Positions 31,441-40,496 of a stretch of 64,000 nt of DNA are shown here, one piece after another. The notes below the pieces were generated by a model. It had not been told where the DNA came from and did not search any database. It saw nothing but the letters and a program-made list of their open reading frames with translations. The position numbers were made by a program, and so were the translations under genes. This DNA comes from Bacteroidia bacterium (lineage in GTDB: Bacteria; Bacteroidota; Bacteroidia; NS11-12g; UBA9320), in NCBI GenBank assembly GCA_965216465.1, contig CBDCFW010000005.1, positions 1 through 64,000 on the forward strand. The letters are read 5' to 3'. Position 1 is the first letter of the stretch, and each line of letters starts with the position of its first letter.

Positions 31441-32802
31441 ATGTATTTCAACAATATTTTAGAGACCATTGGCAACACGCCATTGGTCAAACTAAACAAA
31501 ATCGTAGAAGATCTTCCATGTACAGTTCTTGCTAAGGTAGAGACTACCAATCCGGGGAATTCAGTAAAAGATAGAATGGCACTAAAAATGATCGAAGATG
31601 CTGAAGCAGATGGTCGTTTAAAACCAGGCGGAACAATCATCGAAGGAACTAGCGGAAATACAGGTATGGGACTTGCAATTGCCGCCGTAATTAAAGGTTA
31701 CAAATGCATTTTCGTAACCAACGACAAGCAGAGCAAGGAAAAAGTTGACCTCTTAAAAGCGGTTGGAGCAGAAGTGATCGTGTGTCCTACTGCCGTTGAG
31801 CCAGATGACCCTCGCTCCTATTACTCGGTATCTAAACGTTTAGGAAATGAAGTACCTAACTCATGGTATGTAAATCAGTATGATAACAAAAGCAATGTTG
31901 CTGCCCATTATGAAAGTACAGGACCTGAAATCTGGGAGCAGACTAAAGGAAAGATCACTCACTTTGTAGTTGGAGTTGGAACTGGAGGAACAATTAGCGG
32001 TGTTGGTAAGTACTTAAAAGAAAAAAATCCGGATGTTCAAGTTTGGGGAATTGACACCTACGGTTCGGTGTTCAAGAAATATCACGAAACAGGGGAATTT
32101 GACCAAGACGAAATCTACCCATATATCACTGAAGGAATCGGTGAAGACATCTTACCAGAATGTGTGAACTTCGATGTAATTGACAAGTTTGAAAAAGTAA
32201 CAGATAAGGATGGACTTTTATGGCAACGTAAGCTTGCTCTTGAAGAAGGCATATTGGTTGGCAACAGTGCCGGAAGTGCTGTAAAGGGTATTCTTCAGTT
32301 GAAAGATGAACTGAAGCCGGAAGATATCGTGGTGGTTCTATTCCATGATCATGCTACTCGTTATATGGGTAAAGCCTTTAATGATGAATGGATGAAGGAG
32401 CGTGGTTTTATTGACAGCAAGCCTAAAACCGCTGAAGATATGATCTCCAATCACAAGCATTTGCCACTTCTTACTGTGAAAGATTCGGACCAAGTTAAGG
32501 TCGCTTTCGACCTGATGGAAAAACATGGAGTTTCGCAACTTCCTGTTCAAAATGAGGGTGGAGAGTTTGTTGGTTCCTTAAACGACAGCCACGTTTTAAG
32601 TCAGTTGTTGAAAAATCCAGAGTTAGCTAATGAGTCTATCGCACAAATCATGCAATCGCCATTCCCAATGGTTGATTCGCATGAGAGTATCGATGAAGTC
32701 TCAAAGCTTATTTCGAAAGAATCTCCAGCAATTTTGGTGAAGGAATTAAGTGGCGTGGTTCATATCCTAACCAAGTACGATTTAATCGGAGCTCTATCCT
32801 AA
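31441..32802 (+). CDS. Cystathionine beta-synthase family PLP enzyme with C-terminal CBS domains
   Basis: IGNTPLV, NPGNSVKDR (PLP Lys), TSGNTG, GVGTGGT, EGIG and a CBS pair at the C-terminus. Confidence 0.9.
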   Translation: MYFNNILETIGNTPLVKLNKIVEDLPCTVLAKVETTNPGNSVKDRMALKMIEDAEADGRLKPGGTIIEGTSGNTGMGLAIAAVIKGYKCIFVTNDKQSKEKVDLLKAVGAEVIVCPTAVEPDDPRSYYSVSKRLGNEVPNSWYVNQYDNKSNVAAHYESTGPEIWEQTKGKITHFVVGVGTGGTISGVGKYLKEKNPDVQVWGIDTYGSVFKKYHETGEFDQDEIYPYITEGIGEDILPECVNFDVIDKFEKVTDKDGLLWQRKLALEEGILVGNSAGSAVKGILQLKDELKPEDIVVVLFHDHATRYMGKAFNDEWMKERGFIDSKPKTAEDMISNHKHLPLLTVKDSDQVKVAFDLMEKHGVSQLPVQNEGGEFVGSLNDSHVLSQLLKNPELANESIAQIMQSPFPMVDSHESIDEVSKLISKESPAILVKELSGVVHILTKYDLIGALS

Positions 32803-33498
32803 TAGAACTTCATTAATTTTCTCGTTCACTTCTGAAGCTCGTGTAAGCACCATCATGTGTGACCCATTAGGGATTATCACATCGGGCGACACATTTCGAA
32901 TAGGAATTGTATGGTCATTATCTCCATGAATATGAACAATATTGGCCTTAGAGAACTGTTTATCCCAGTTGATGATCAGGTTGACCGTTCGCTTCAGGTA
33001 TACCCCATCTTTCGATTTTAGCATTGCTTTAAATTCAGCTTTGTACTTGTTTCGATCGGGTTCTACTATAGGCTGAAGAAACAGGGCTCCCGATTGGTAA
33101 AACGATGATGGAATCCATTGATTGAGTGGTACACTTTGTTGAAAGCGATAGCGTTTTGGCAGCTCTTTCGAATGCTTGGCACTCGATATCAGAATTACAT
33201 GCTCAGGGCTTAATATTTCAGCCAACTCTGAACATACCATGCCTCCGAGCGAAACTCCAATAAAGCTATACATAGAAGAGGTATCAATGTCTGCAACAAA
33301 GCGAGTTGCAAAGTCTTTTAAGTTTTCACCTTTGTCAGGAGTTGGTAGCTCCATATAAACTGGAGTAAAACCTTCAGGGAGACGGATATTCTGGAACAAA
33401 GTTGAGTCTGCACCCTGACCTGGAAACATATACACCCGATGCATAGCTTGTGTCATATTCGCCAAACTAAGCAATAGTACTGAAATGAAGAGTTTCAT
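32794..33498 (-). CDS. Alpha/beta hydrolase
   Basis: FPGQG oxyanion loop, GVSLGG nucleophile elbow, HIHGDND and GSHMM. Confidence 0.88.
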   Translation of the reverse strand: MKLFISVLLLSLANMTQAMHRVYMFPGQGADSTLFQNIRLPEGFTPVYMELPTPDKGENLKDFATRFVADIDTSSMYSFIGVSLGGMVCSELAEILSPEHVILISSAKHSKELPKRYRFQQSVPLNQWIPSSFYQSGALFLQPIVEPDRNKYKAEFKAMLKSKDGVYLKRTVNLIINWDKQFSKANIVHIHGDNDHTIPIRNVSPDVIIPNGSHMMVLTRASEVNEKINEVLLG

Positions 33499-33546
33499 TT
33501 CTTTAAAAACGTAAATCAACAAGATAAGTTACATTTGATAGCCAAT

Positions 33547-34518
33547 ATGAAACCTAAACCACTTATCAACCCGGTATCTATTATTTTATTTGCAATGACA
33601 GTGATAGTCGTAATTATTCTATCAAGAATAAATTCACCATCAGTTCCGGAAGCAATTGGTTATGTAATTGGGGGTGCATTAATCCCAGGTTTGCTAATCG
33701 TATTAATTGGTTGGATCGTTAGTAGCATCGCAACCAAACACAGGTTGGCAGGAAGTACCACTATCAATATTCTATTAGCAATTTTCGTTCTCAGTCAACT
33801 GTCCTCATTGCTAAACGCACCAAAACCAGAAGAGCATAGTTCTGCAAATGCTATGCAAGACTTAAAATCTGACTACATCCAGAGCTTAAAAGATTCACCA
33901 GACTCTTCTGAAGTCTATTTTGATCAATATGTTGATGATGTATCAACCGCTATAGATGAACAGATTCAATCTGCTAGCGGAGACGATTTAGAATTTTACA
34001 AAATTCTTCAAGTCTACTTGCAAAAAACCCAACAAATAAACAAGAACTGGTGGACTCACTATAACCCCATTAGTGATAGTTCTTTTATGGATTATGCAGC
34101 AATGCAAGATACAGCAATCTGCAACGAGAAAATAGCCCTATTGGTTAATTTTATTGATGCAACAAAACGTCATCAATATTTCATGAAAAATCGCACTAAA
34201 ATGTTAGCCAAACAGTTCAAATTAACAGACTTGCCACCAGAGTTATATATGCCTTCGTTAACTGTGATGAAAGAAACCCAGGAGCGTCAAGCTCCAATTT
34301 ATAAGATTTACTCAGATGCCCATATCAAGTCAGTTCAAGCTAAGAAAGCAATTGTTGAACTGGTTAAAAATGAACACGATAATTGGAGCTTATATTCAGG
34401 TTATATTGACTTCTATGATGAACAAGCAACAGATCGATTCAATCAACTAACCGATACCTCAAATTTTTATACCGATGTGGCAAATGAGTATTACGAAAAG
34501 TTCTTAGATATTCAATAA
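33547..34518 (+). CDS. Hypothetical membrane protein (3 N-terminal TM plus helical soluble domain)
   Basis: Long ORF with three hydrophobic segments; TACATTTG element upstream. Confidence 0.65.
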   Translation: MKPKPLINPVSIILFAMTVIVVIILSRINSPSVPEAIGYVIGGALIPGLLIVLIGWIVSSIATKHRLAGSTTINILLAIFVLSQLSSLLNAPKPEEHSSANAMQDLKSDYIQSLKDSPDSSEVYFDQYVDDVSTAIDEQIQSASGDDLEFYKILQVYLQKTQQINKNWWTHYNPISDSSFMDYAAMQDTAICNEKIALLVNFIDATKRHQYFMKNRTKMLAKQFKLTDLPPELYMPSLTVMKETQERQAPIYKIYSDAHIKSVQAKKAIVELVKNEHDNWSLYSGYIDFYDEQATDRFNQLTDTSNFYTDVANEYYEKFLDIQ

Positions 34519-34565
34519 TAATTCAATCTACTATTAGAGAATTACATCTTCCTTGATTTGGGTTT

Positions 34566-35054
34566 TCATTTAATCTCCTCTATCACTGCTTCAATACCCA
34601 GTTTCGTGCCTAAAAAGTAATTGTTCTTTTTAAACTCGGGAATCATTATGCTATCGATAATCTGTTTGGCTTCCCAGTCAGTGAATTTCTCTTCCAAACC
34701 AATGCCGATTTGAATGCGAACCTCTCGAATACTGTCTCCGTAGATAATCATTACGCCATTGTTTATATCCTTCTTGCCTATTCCCCAATATTTGGCCAAT
34801 TCATACGAGTAGTCAAATAGCGTTTCATGAGGTTCATAGCTACTAATTGTTACAATTGAAATCTCGTTCGAAGTTGCCTTTTCGTGATCTGAAATGAGCT
34901 GCTTCAAACCCATCTCTTCGTCAACTGTCAATATATTCTCAAAATCATTAACAAAACCGTTGGGAGCTGGTAAATACTCATGATTATAGGTTTTTGGAGT
35001 GGAGCAAGCTACAGTTAGCAGGACGAGTAACAGTAAGTTAGAAAGTTTGTTCAT
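34566..35054 (-). CDS. TPM domain-containing lipoprotein (YgcG-like)
   Basis: Lipobox TVAC; VNDFENIL, WGIGKKDINNGV, RIQIGIGLE and IPEFK..NY. Confidence 0.88.
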   Translation of the reverse strand: MNKLSNLLLLVLLTVACSTPKTYNHEYLPAPNGFVNDFENILTVDEEMGLKQLISDHEKATSNEISIVTISSYEPHETLFDYSYELAKYWGIGKKDINNGVMIIYGDSIREVRIQIGIGLEEKFTDWEAKQIIDSIMIPEFKKNNYFLGTKLGIEAVIEEIK

Positions 35055-35077
35055 AAGAATATTTGCAGAAAGCAAAT

Positions 35078-36889
35078 CTATGCAAACGTCTGCAAATCGA
35101 CCAGCTTCTTGTAGAGCCCGTTGTTGGCGATAAGTTCGTTGTGTTTGCCTTCTTCAACAATATTTCCGCCTTCGATTACCACAATTTTGTCTGCTGTCTG
35201 AATTGTACTTAAACGATGCGCAACAACAATACTGGTTCTATTTCGCATTACATTTTCTAATGCATCTTGAACCAATTTCTCACTTTCAGAGTCTAAAGCA
35301 GAAGTCGCTTCATCCAGAATCAAGATTGGTGGATTTTTCAAGATTGCTCGTGCAATGCTCAAGCGTTGTTTTTGTCCACCACTTAGGCTTCCTCCCTTTT
35401 CACCAATGTTTGCATTGTAACCTTCTTCTTTTTCAAGAATAAACTGATGCGCATTTGCCACCTTAGTCGCGTTGAGCAAATCGTCTCCTGTGGAATAGAA
35501 GTCACCCATCTTCAGGTTATTGGCGATTGTATCGTTGAATAGCACTGCCTCTTGAGTAACGATACCAAACATCGAGCGAAGATGTTTTAGATCGATGTCG
35601 TTAATATTGACACCATCTATCGTAATTGAACCTGCTTGCAGTTCATGAAATCGTGGAAGTAAATCAACCAAGGTAGACTTCCCTCCACCTGATGGTCCAA
35701 CTAATGCAATACGTTCTCCTTTTTGAATGCTCAACGAAATACCATCTATAACCTTCTTGTCTTCATAGGCAAAAGAAATGTCGTTCAATTCAATCTTATG
35801 ACTAAAGTCAACTATTTTATTTCCGGTATTGGCAATCTCAGATGTTGATTCTAAAATTTCATTGACTCTGTCCAATGATGCAGAACCTTTCTTCACCCTA
35901 AAATACGCTTCAGTTAAAGCCTTGGCTGGAGATATAATTTGTGAGAAGATAGCAATGTAAGCAATCAAGAATGATCCTGTGAATGCTGATTCTTGGTTAA
36001 TGATCAGATTTCCACTATAAATTAGAATTATCGCAATTACAATGCTCCCCATAAACTCACTCAATGGAGAGGCCAGCATTTCTTTTCTAAACAGTTTAAG
36101 CATCAACACAAAATACCCATCGTTGTGCTCTTTGAATTTTGCTTCTTTATCTTTATTTGCATTGAAGGCCTTGATAATTTTGATTCCATGAAGACTCTCT
36201 TCAATATGCGATACCACATCTGCAAACTTTTCTTGTCCCGCTGCAGCTGCATGCTTCAATTTAGTACCTATTTTACTGATTATAAATCCACTAATTGGGA
36301 GTAACACTAAAACGAAAAGTGTTAACTCAACACTCGTCATAAAAAGAGCAATAAACGGCACCAGGATAGCAATTGGGTGCTTAATGAGGTCCAAAGCACC
36401 AGCCATACTCATCTCCACTTCACGAACATCGCTAATTAGTTTAGAAATAATTTCTCCACGTTTAATTTTGTTAAAATAGCTTAAGGGAAGCTTTAAAATA
36501 TGATTGTAAGTCCACTCGCGAATGTCTCTTACAACTGCGGTTCTCACATAGGCCATATTGTAATTGGTCAAGAACAAGAATAGATTCTTAAAAAAGAAGG
36601 CTACGATTATTCCTAGCGAGAAGTATACTAGTGATTGAAACAGACCATATTGCACAATAATTGAGCTCAGGCGATAGTCTAAATATCCCAATAATGCATC
36701 TGGATTTAATCCAAATTCTACAGGTGTAATCTGATCAAGATTCTCTTGAAAGATTACCTTAAGAAATGGAACGATCATACCAATCGAGAACACATTAAAG
36801 ATTGAACTGAATACCATGAATATGATAAAGAGTACTACCTTACTATGATACGGCTTAGTAAACTTAAATATGTCTCGAAATTTAATCAA
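35078..36889 (-). CDS. ABC exporter, MsbA-like (TMD + NBD)
   Basis: N-terminal TM domain, GPSGGGKST, LSGGQKQR, LILDEATSALD and VAHRLST. Confidence 0.92.
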   Translation of the reverse strand: MIKFRDIFKFTKPYHSKVVLFIIFMVFSSIFNVFSIGMIVPFLKVIFQENLDQITPVEFGLNPDALLGYLDYRLSSIIVQYGLFQSLVYFSLGIIVAFFFKNLFLFLTNYNMAYVRTAVVRDIREWTYNHILKLPLSYFNKIKRGEIISKLISDVREVEMSMAGALDLIKHPIAILVPFIALFMTSVELTLFVLVLLPISGFIISKIGTKLKHAAAAGQEKFADVVSHIEESLHGIKIIKAFNANKDKEAKFKEHNDGYFVLMLKLFRKEMLASPLSEFMGSIVIAIILIYSGNLIINQESAFTGSFLIAYIAIFSQIISPAKALTEAYFRVKKGSASLDRVNEILESTSEIANTGNKIVDFSHKIELNDISFAYEDKKVIDGISLSIQKGERIALVGPSGGGKSTLVDLLPRFHELQAGSITIDGVNINDIDLKHLRSMFGIVTQEAVLFNDTIANNLKMGDFYSTGDDLLNATKVANAHQFILEKEEGYNANIGEKGGSLSGGQKQRLSIARAILKNPPILILDEATSALDSESEKLVQDALENVMRNRTSIVVAHRLSTIQTADKIVVIEGGNIVEEGKHNELIANNGLYKKLVDLQTFA

Positions 36890-36913
36890 GGCTGCGAAGA
36901 TATATCGCCAATC

Positions 36914-37921
36914 TTATTTCTGGGTAAAAAAGAAATTCCCTGCGATAATACCTGCCTTAAATTCGTCTAAAACACTGCCATCCATTTTTAATCGATAAAT
37001 GGTTGACCGTTGCACAAAGTCGTGAATATCTGAAACATACACTTCCCCGTTTTCTTGATCTACAATCAAGTTATAGAAATTATTTCCATCTGAAGCGAGC
37101 CATTCAACCGGAATTTCTTTCGTATGAGCCTCAAGTTTCCAGATACCTTGATTGATGTAATAAAGTTGATTGTTTTGTTCATCGTAAACCAAATTAGTTG
37201 GCAAGCCTGAAACAGGTTTGCGTTCAAGCACTTGCATGGTACTTCCATCAATCTCGGTCAACATCCCCGATTCATTATCGTCATTTCCTTTGCTCAATAC
37301 CCAAATGTGGTTTGCCTGATCTAAAACAATGCTTTCAGTTGCAAATCCACATTCAATACTGTCTACTACAGCGTCTTGTTCTATGTCTACAGCGTAGATA
37401 TACTTTGTTTCTGGAGCACTAACCCACAACATGTTATTGACCATCACACCTTTTTCTGACCAGCCGTTGAAGGGTATTGTTCCTGTAACAAGATTATCTT
37501 TTAAATCTATTATCGAAATTGCGTTAGCATAAAGGTCTGTAACATAAGCCTTTTCACTGCTAACTTGGTAAAGGTATCGAGGTGAGGTTAATCCACTAAT
37601 CTCCTGAACAATACCAAAGAGACTATCCGTAACCACAATCTTGTTGCTATTGTTCACGACAAAATAATGAAGCTTGTTGATCTCAGTATGAGACTGCAGC
37701 ACATTACCTATGGCTTGTGCATTCTTTTCTTTATAAACATCGTGGCTAACCTCTTGCGTGCTGGTGTTGTAAACCGAAACAGTTCCTTCGCCCCAACCAA
37801 AATTGCCTTCGTTAAGGATGACTAAATCCTTTTCTCCTCGCTCAAATGGCTTCGATGGTTCATCGTCTTTGCAAGAACTAGCGAAGACTAAAGCTATTAG
37901 AAAAAATCTTAGTATACGCAT
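36914..37921 (-). CDS. BtuG-like / YncE-family beta-propeller surface lipoprotein
   Basis: Lipobox ASSC followed by an acidic KDDE export-like signal; LNEGNFG, VVNNS.KI, SPRY and KAYVTDLY blades; last gene of the riboswitch operon. Confidence 0.8.
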   Translation of the reverse strand: MRILRFFLIALVFASSCKDDEPSKPFERGEKDLVILNEGNFGWGEGTVSVYNTSTQEVSHDVYKEKNAQAIGNVLQSHTEINKLHYFVVNNSNKIVVTDSLFGIVQEISGLTSPRYLYQVSSEKAYVTDLYANAISIIDLKDNLVTGTIPFNGWSEKGVMVNNMLWVSAPETKYIYAVDIEQDAVVDSIECGFATESIVLDQANHIWVLSKGNDDNESGMLTEIDGSTMQVLERKPVSGLPTNLVYDEQNNQLYYINQGIWKLEAHTKEIPVEWLASDGNNFYNLIVDQENGEVYVSDIHDFVQRSTIYRLKMDGSVLDEFKAGIIAGNFFFTQK

Positions 37922-38847
37922 ACCTTAACGGTGCTAATTTTTTGATCTTTGGTTACTCGTACGACGTACATTCCACTGGTTTCAATTTTGAAGCTATTTC
38001 CTCTTCCGCTTAAAACAACTGTTCCTGCTAAGTTCATTACCTCAAAACTAGGCATATCAACTCCTTCAATTTGAATTCCTTGAGATGCAGATGCTAAGCT
38101 AGGATATACTATTAAATTGGCCAGATTTGCTTCATATGTTCTCAGCAAATTGCCATTCACAACAGCCACAGCGTCTAAGTCAAACCCACTTGATTCAAAA
38201 GGTGACGGAAATGGGTCGTTGATCAATCTGCCTTTTGAATCTCTGGTTCCGAAGCTGTCATTTACACTTCCAACCACATCAATCAAGCGGACATAACTTA
38301 TCGTATCCATTCCTACCTCATCTAAATCGAAGAGGCTGCCATAAGGTGCTTGATGCTTACCTGCTAGATTATATACTTTTTCTGGGGATGTATAACTAAA
38401 ATTATTCGTTTGGTATGAGGTATCTGTTAAACTCTCGCTTGGAAACCTAACAAAGTTTACACCATCTTTACTCACCTCAACATGGGCTAGTTCGAGGTAG
38501 TATGACAAGCCCACTTTAAACCCATTTTCAAATACGGCAAAATCGTAGCCATCGCGATTTATGATGGCCTGATCAAAAGAAAGTGTTGCAATACCTCCAT
38601 CTCCCAAACTCACAATAGCTCCGTCAAAGGCACCTAGAGCATTTGAATCACTTCCTGCCGTTGCTCGTCCGATAGTGGTATCGCTAATCTGCATCCACCC
38701 TCTTTGAATATCGACAGATGTAGCCCAACCAGAGATTGCTCCATCATCTTTATGAATCGATTTGCTGCCGGGTTCACCACCTGGACCATCAAATTGTGCG
38801 AAAAGTCCGATAGGCAGTAAGCATGTTAAAATTAATAAATTTCTCAT
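37909..38847 (-). CDS. T9SS-sorted cell-surface protein with BtuH-like domain
   Basis: SpI signal; VSLGDGG, DFAVFENGF, ELAHVEVS.DG, FDL...YVRLID and GFDLDAV motifs; divergent CTD VYP...NLAG...SGMYVV...KV. Confidence 0.65.
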   Translation of the reverse strand: MRNLLILTCLLPIGLFAQFDGPGGEPGSKSIHKDDGAISGWATSVDIQRGWMQISDTTIGRATAGSDSNALGAFDGAIVSLGDGGIATLSFDQAIINRDGYDFAVFENGFKVGLSYYLELAHVEVSKDGVNFVRFPSESLTDTSYQTNNFSYTSPEKVYNLAGKHQAPYGSLFDLDEVGMDTISYVRLIDVVGSVNDSFGTRDSKGRLINDPFPSPFESSGFDLDAVAVVNGNLLRTYEANLANLIVYPSLASASQGIQIEGVDMPSFEVMNLAGTVVLSGRGNSFKIETSGMYVVRVTKDQKISTVKVCVY

Positions 38848-40496
38848 TGCTTAATTAATTTTTGAGTGGCTATTCCTTCTTCCGTCTGTACCTGCACAAA
38901 GTAAAGTCCATTTGGTTGATTGCTCAAATCGAGTTTGATCGTACGAAGATTATTATCATAAGATTGATTTAACACTTCTTGTCCTGATAAGCTATAAACG
39001 TTCACTTGACTAATTGCAGTAGATGCTTGCACATTGAACGTGCTACGCGTAGGATTTGGATATAGTGAAATTTCAGCTTTTCTCAATTCTGATATGTTTC
39101 CTAGGTCAAATTTATAAGCTAGACAGAAGTATGCAGGTGTATTCATTCCATACATCCCATTGTCGCTTGACTCCAATTCGAAGCTCAAGCGATGAAATTC
39201 TTGATTCTTGTGAAAATCAAAAGGTTTTATAGTTATCCAATCATTTAATATATAGTCTTGACTGTTGTCTGAAAATCGAAAATCAGCAAGGTAGAAAGTG
39301 TCACGCTGAATTACACTATCGTTAGCGTCAATATAGTTAATTTTAACTCGGAAGTAATCCGGGTCATTTCCGTCATCCCCTCCAAATTTCTTACTGAATC
39401 CTGAGCCATCTTGCATATCCAAGTATGCGTAAGTTGAATTTGTAATTGATATCTCCATAGGCCAAGGACCAGGACCGATGGTTTTATACAAATGATTTTT
39501 ATTGTCGCCTAAAAAAGGTGATCTAATTTCATTATGTATTCCTGAACTTACAAAAAAGAGATCACGGTCACCATTAATGCAACTATACTGGTTTTCGTAG
39601 CCTGCGGTTGTGTCATCTAACATCGAACTGATCGACCAACCTGACCAAGACTCCCAAGCTGAGTTGTATGAATTAGGGAAGAACAGATACTCACGCAACA
39701 TTCCGCCTGCTTCGTCGTCGCCATTATAGAAATCACCAGTCAATTGGCCGTTATATGGAAAAACATTCTCAAAAGATTCTAGAGCGTTAAAATCATCCAT
39801 ACAGAAATAGGCTGGTGTATTGATCCCCCAAGAGCTGGTGTCAGAGCTTTCAAAAGTGAACGCCATGCTGTCTACCTCAATTTCCACATTGGGATTGCTG
39901 CTAAAATCAACAAAGGTCCAATCTGAAACCATATAGTCTTTGGTGCTGTCTGCACTTCTAAAATCAGCCAAATAGAACTCTACCGTGTCTACACCACCTC
40001 CATTGAGATAAGACATGATATAGATTTTGAAGTAATCTGGATCTGTTCCATCATCACCACCAAACTTCTTGCTAAAGCCAGATCCGTTTTGCATATCGAG
40101 ATAAGCAAAGGTGCTATTGGTGAAATATGCACCACTTAAGCTCGTAGCACTATCAAATTTGATGTATGCTCCACTAGTTCCGACCATATAATTCGACGTT
40201 CCGCTCACTCCAGAAGCCGTATAGGCACTGTACTGATTGAAATAGCCTTCAGTTGTATCATCCGTCATATTTGAGAGCGACCATCCTGACCAACTTCCAT
40301 AAACTGTGTCATAGGCATTATTAAAAAATCGTCCGTAGTGATAAAAGCCTCCTGCACGATCAGCACCGTTGTTGAAAGTATCTGGTTTTTCCAAATTTAG
40401 GTTGTCAAAAGTGGAGTACACGCGAACGTGATCGAACTGGGCAAATGCAATACTGCTTAAAGCAATAGCCATGATTAAGTTAATTTTTCTTAGCAT
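38844..40496 (-). CDS. T9SS-sorted protein with two DUF4465 domains
   Basis: Two copies of SWSGWS.S, NQYS, TNST.AY, KKFGG..G.DPDYF, FYLADFR and SSD....G.NTPAYFC; type-A CTD LYPNPT...YSLSGQ...NGLYFV...KLIKQ. Confidence 0.88.
   Translation of the reverse strand: MLRKINLIMAIALSSIAFAQFDHVRVYSTFDNLNLEKPDTFNNGADRAGGFYHYGRFFNNAYDTVYGSWSGWSLSNMTDDTTEGYFNQYSAYTASGVSGTSNYMVGTSGAYIKFDSATSLSGAYFTNSTFAYLDMQNGSGFSKKFGGDDGTDPDYFKIYIMSYLNGGGVDTVEFYLADFRSADSTKDYMVSDWTFVDFSSNPNVEIEVDSMAFTFESSDTSSWGINTPAYFCMDDFNALESFENVFPYNGQLTGDFYNGDDEAGGMLREYLFFPNSYNSAWESWSGWSISSMLDDTTAGYENQYSCINGDRDLFFVSSGIHNEIRSPFLGDNKNHLYKTIGPGPWPMEISITNSTYAYLDMQDGSGFSKKFGGDDGNDPDYFRVKINYIDANDSVIQRDTFYLADFRFSDNSQDYILNDWITIKPFDFHKNQEFHRLSFELESSDNGMYGMNTPAYFCLAYKFDLGNISELRKAEISLYPNPTRSTFNVQASTAISQVNVYSLSGQEVLNQSYDNNLRTIKLDLSNQPNGLYFVQVQTEEGIATQKLIKQ

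Noticed and set aside
35078-36889. MsbA-like ABC protein as the inner-membrane B12 importer of the riboswitch operon
   Set aside because: It is co-oriented and only 24 bp downstream, but has its own -7-like element and looks like the ordinary Bacteroidota MsbA-type exporter; nothing in the sequence ties it to B12.
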